Assembly (NCBI RefSeq): GCF_021030645.1
Contig: NZ_JACGCJ010000027.1
Location: forward strand, 14,206 to 38,205
Origin: Agrilactobacillus fermenti
GTDB taxonomy: Bacteria; Bacillota; Bacilli; Lactobacillales; Lactobacillaceae
Direction of reading: 5' to 3'
Length of the DNA stretch: 24,000 bases
Part shown: positions 23,778-24,000 of the stretch, piece by piece
Layout of the letters: every line of letters begins with the position of its first letter
How positions within the stretch are numbered: the stretch's first letter is position 1
Position numbers and translations under genes: made by a program
The notes under the pieces: generated by a model
What the model was told of the DNA's origin: nothing
What the model saw: the letters and a program-made list of their open reading frames with translations, nothing else
Database searches by the model: none

Positions 23778-24000
23778 CCACGCAAAATAAAATAATCGTA
23801 GTTTTCAGACTGATATTGAATCTGAAAACCACGATTATTTTTTTAACGATTGATTTTCTAAAAATAACATTGACTTTGAGGGTCAATTTCAACAGATTAG
23901 CTGCCATAATTGCAATTCCTGCTTCAGTAGTAACCTTTTCAATCCCACGAACCGAGGTTCGTAGGTACTTCAAATTAGCCTTCAGATTTCCGAAGAGTGG
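23749..24000 (-). mobile_element. 3' end of a DDE transposase gene (IS1182/IS5-like C-terminal motif), truncated by the window edge
   Basis: The minus-strand frame is open to base 24000 and reads PLFGNLKANLKYLRTSVRGIEKVTTEAGIAIMAANLLKL. This resembles the conserved C-terminus of IS1182-family (DDE_Tnp_1_6-type) transposases (..FG.lK.nlgf.rf.lRG.eKV..E..l...A.NL.KL). The listed 74-aa ORF is only its tail and begins at an internal TTG. The IS boundary is not determinable from this window. Confidence 0.6.
23789..23841. terminator. long perfect-type hairpin (20-bp stem, one mismatch), bidirectional terminator-like or IS-terminal structure
   Basis: AAATAATCGTAGTTTTCAGA (23790-23809) pairs with TCTGAAAACCACGATTATTT (23821-23840), with an 11-nt loop. 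A T-run follows on the plus strand and a T-rich tract on the minus strand. Confidence 0.6.

Noticed and set aside
23749-23973. 74-aa ORF treated as an independent gene
   Set aside because: The frame is open to the window edge and the upstream residues complete a transposase C-terminal motif. The listed start is an internal TTG, so it is annotated as a transposase fragment.
1-24000. Search for CRISPR arrays, tRNA/rRNA genes, prophage genes, toxin-antitoxin pairs, restriction-modification or other defence systems, and bacteriocin or RiPP clusters
   Set aside because: I saw no regularly spaced repeats beyond the 2-copy 21-mer and no cloverleaf-like or rRNA sequence. None of the ORFs carries nuclease, methylase, ATPase-defence or phage hallmarks. 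The gene content is core metabolism and regulation except for the last roughly 1 kb.

Overview
The window reads as an ordinary chromosomal segment of a low-GC Gram-positive lactic acid bacterium. The Lactobacillaceae-like assignment is my guess from gene content and expression signals. No database search was possible.

I support 22 protein-coding genes plus one transposase fragment at the 3' edge, mostly on the minus strand and separated by clear hairpin terminators. In order:
- lacD (5'-truncated)
- an 87-aa unknown protein and a VanZ-like membrane protein, divergent from an LtaS-type lipoteichoic acid synthase
- a four-gene metal/redox cluster: P1B-type ATPase, HMA metallochaperone-like protein, Dps-like protein, and an FNR-like regulator (Flp)
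- an OmpR/HisKA two-component system
- a Cof-type HAD hydrolase
- proBA
- a three-gene operon: amino-acid ABC binding-protein/permease fusion, class-I aminotransferase, D-2-hydroxyacid dehydrogenase
- a trehalose locus: PTS EIIA and EIIBC, divergent from treR-treC
- a DUF975 membrane protein
- an orphan acidic 124-aa ORF
- the C-terminal end of an IS1182/IS5-like DDE transposase

I found no CRISPR array, rRNA or tRNA gene, prophage, or recognisable defence or toxin system. I cannot honestly point to a clearly novel system.

The most system-like parts are:
1. The Flp cluster. It has two near-identical FNR-box promoters with identical geometry, an ATPase carrying C-P-G in place of the canonical CPC/SPC motif, and a Dps-like protein whose ferroxidase ligands look non-canonical.
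2. The import, transaminate and reduce operon. It has no ABC ATPase gene and sits directly upstream of proBA.
3. The AT-rich 3' end, with an orphan ORF, a 21-bp direct repeat, a 20-bp-stem hairpin and an IS fragment.

Functions are inferred from motifs I recognise by eye. All need confirmation by homology search.
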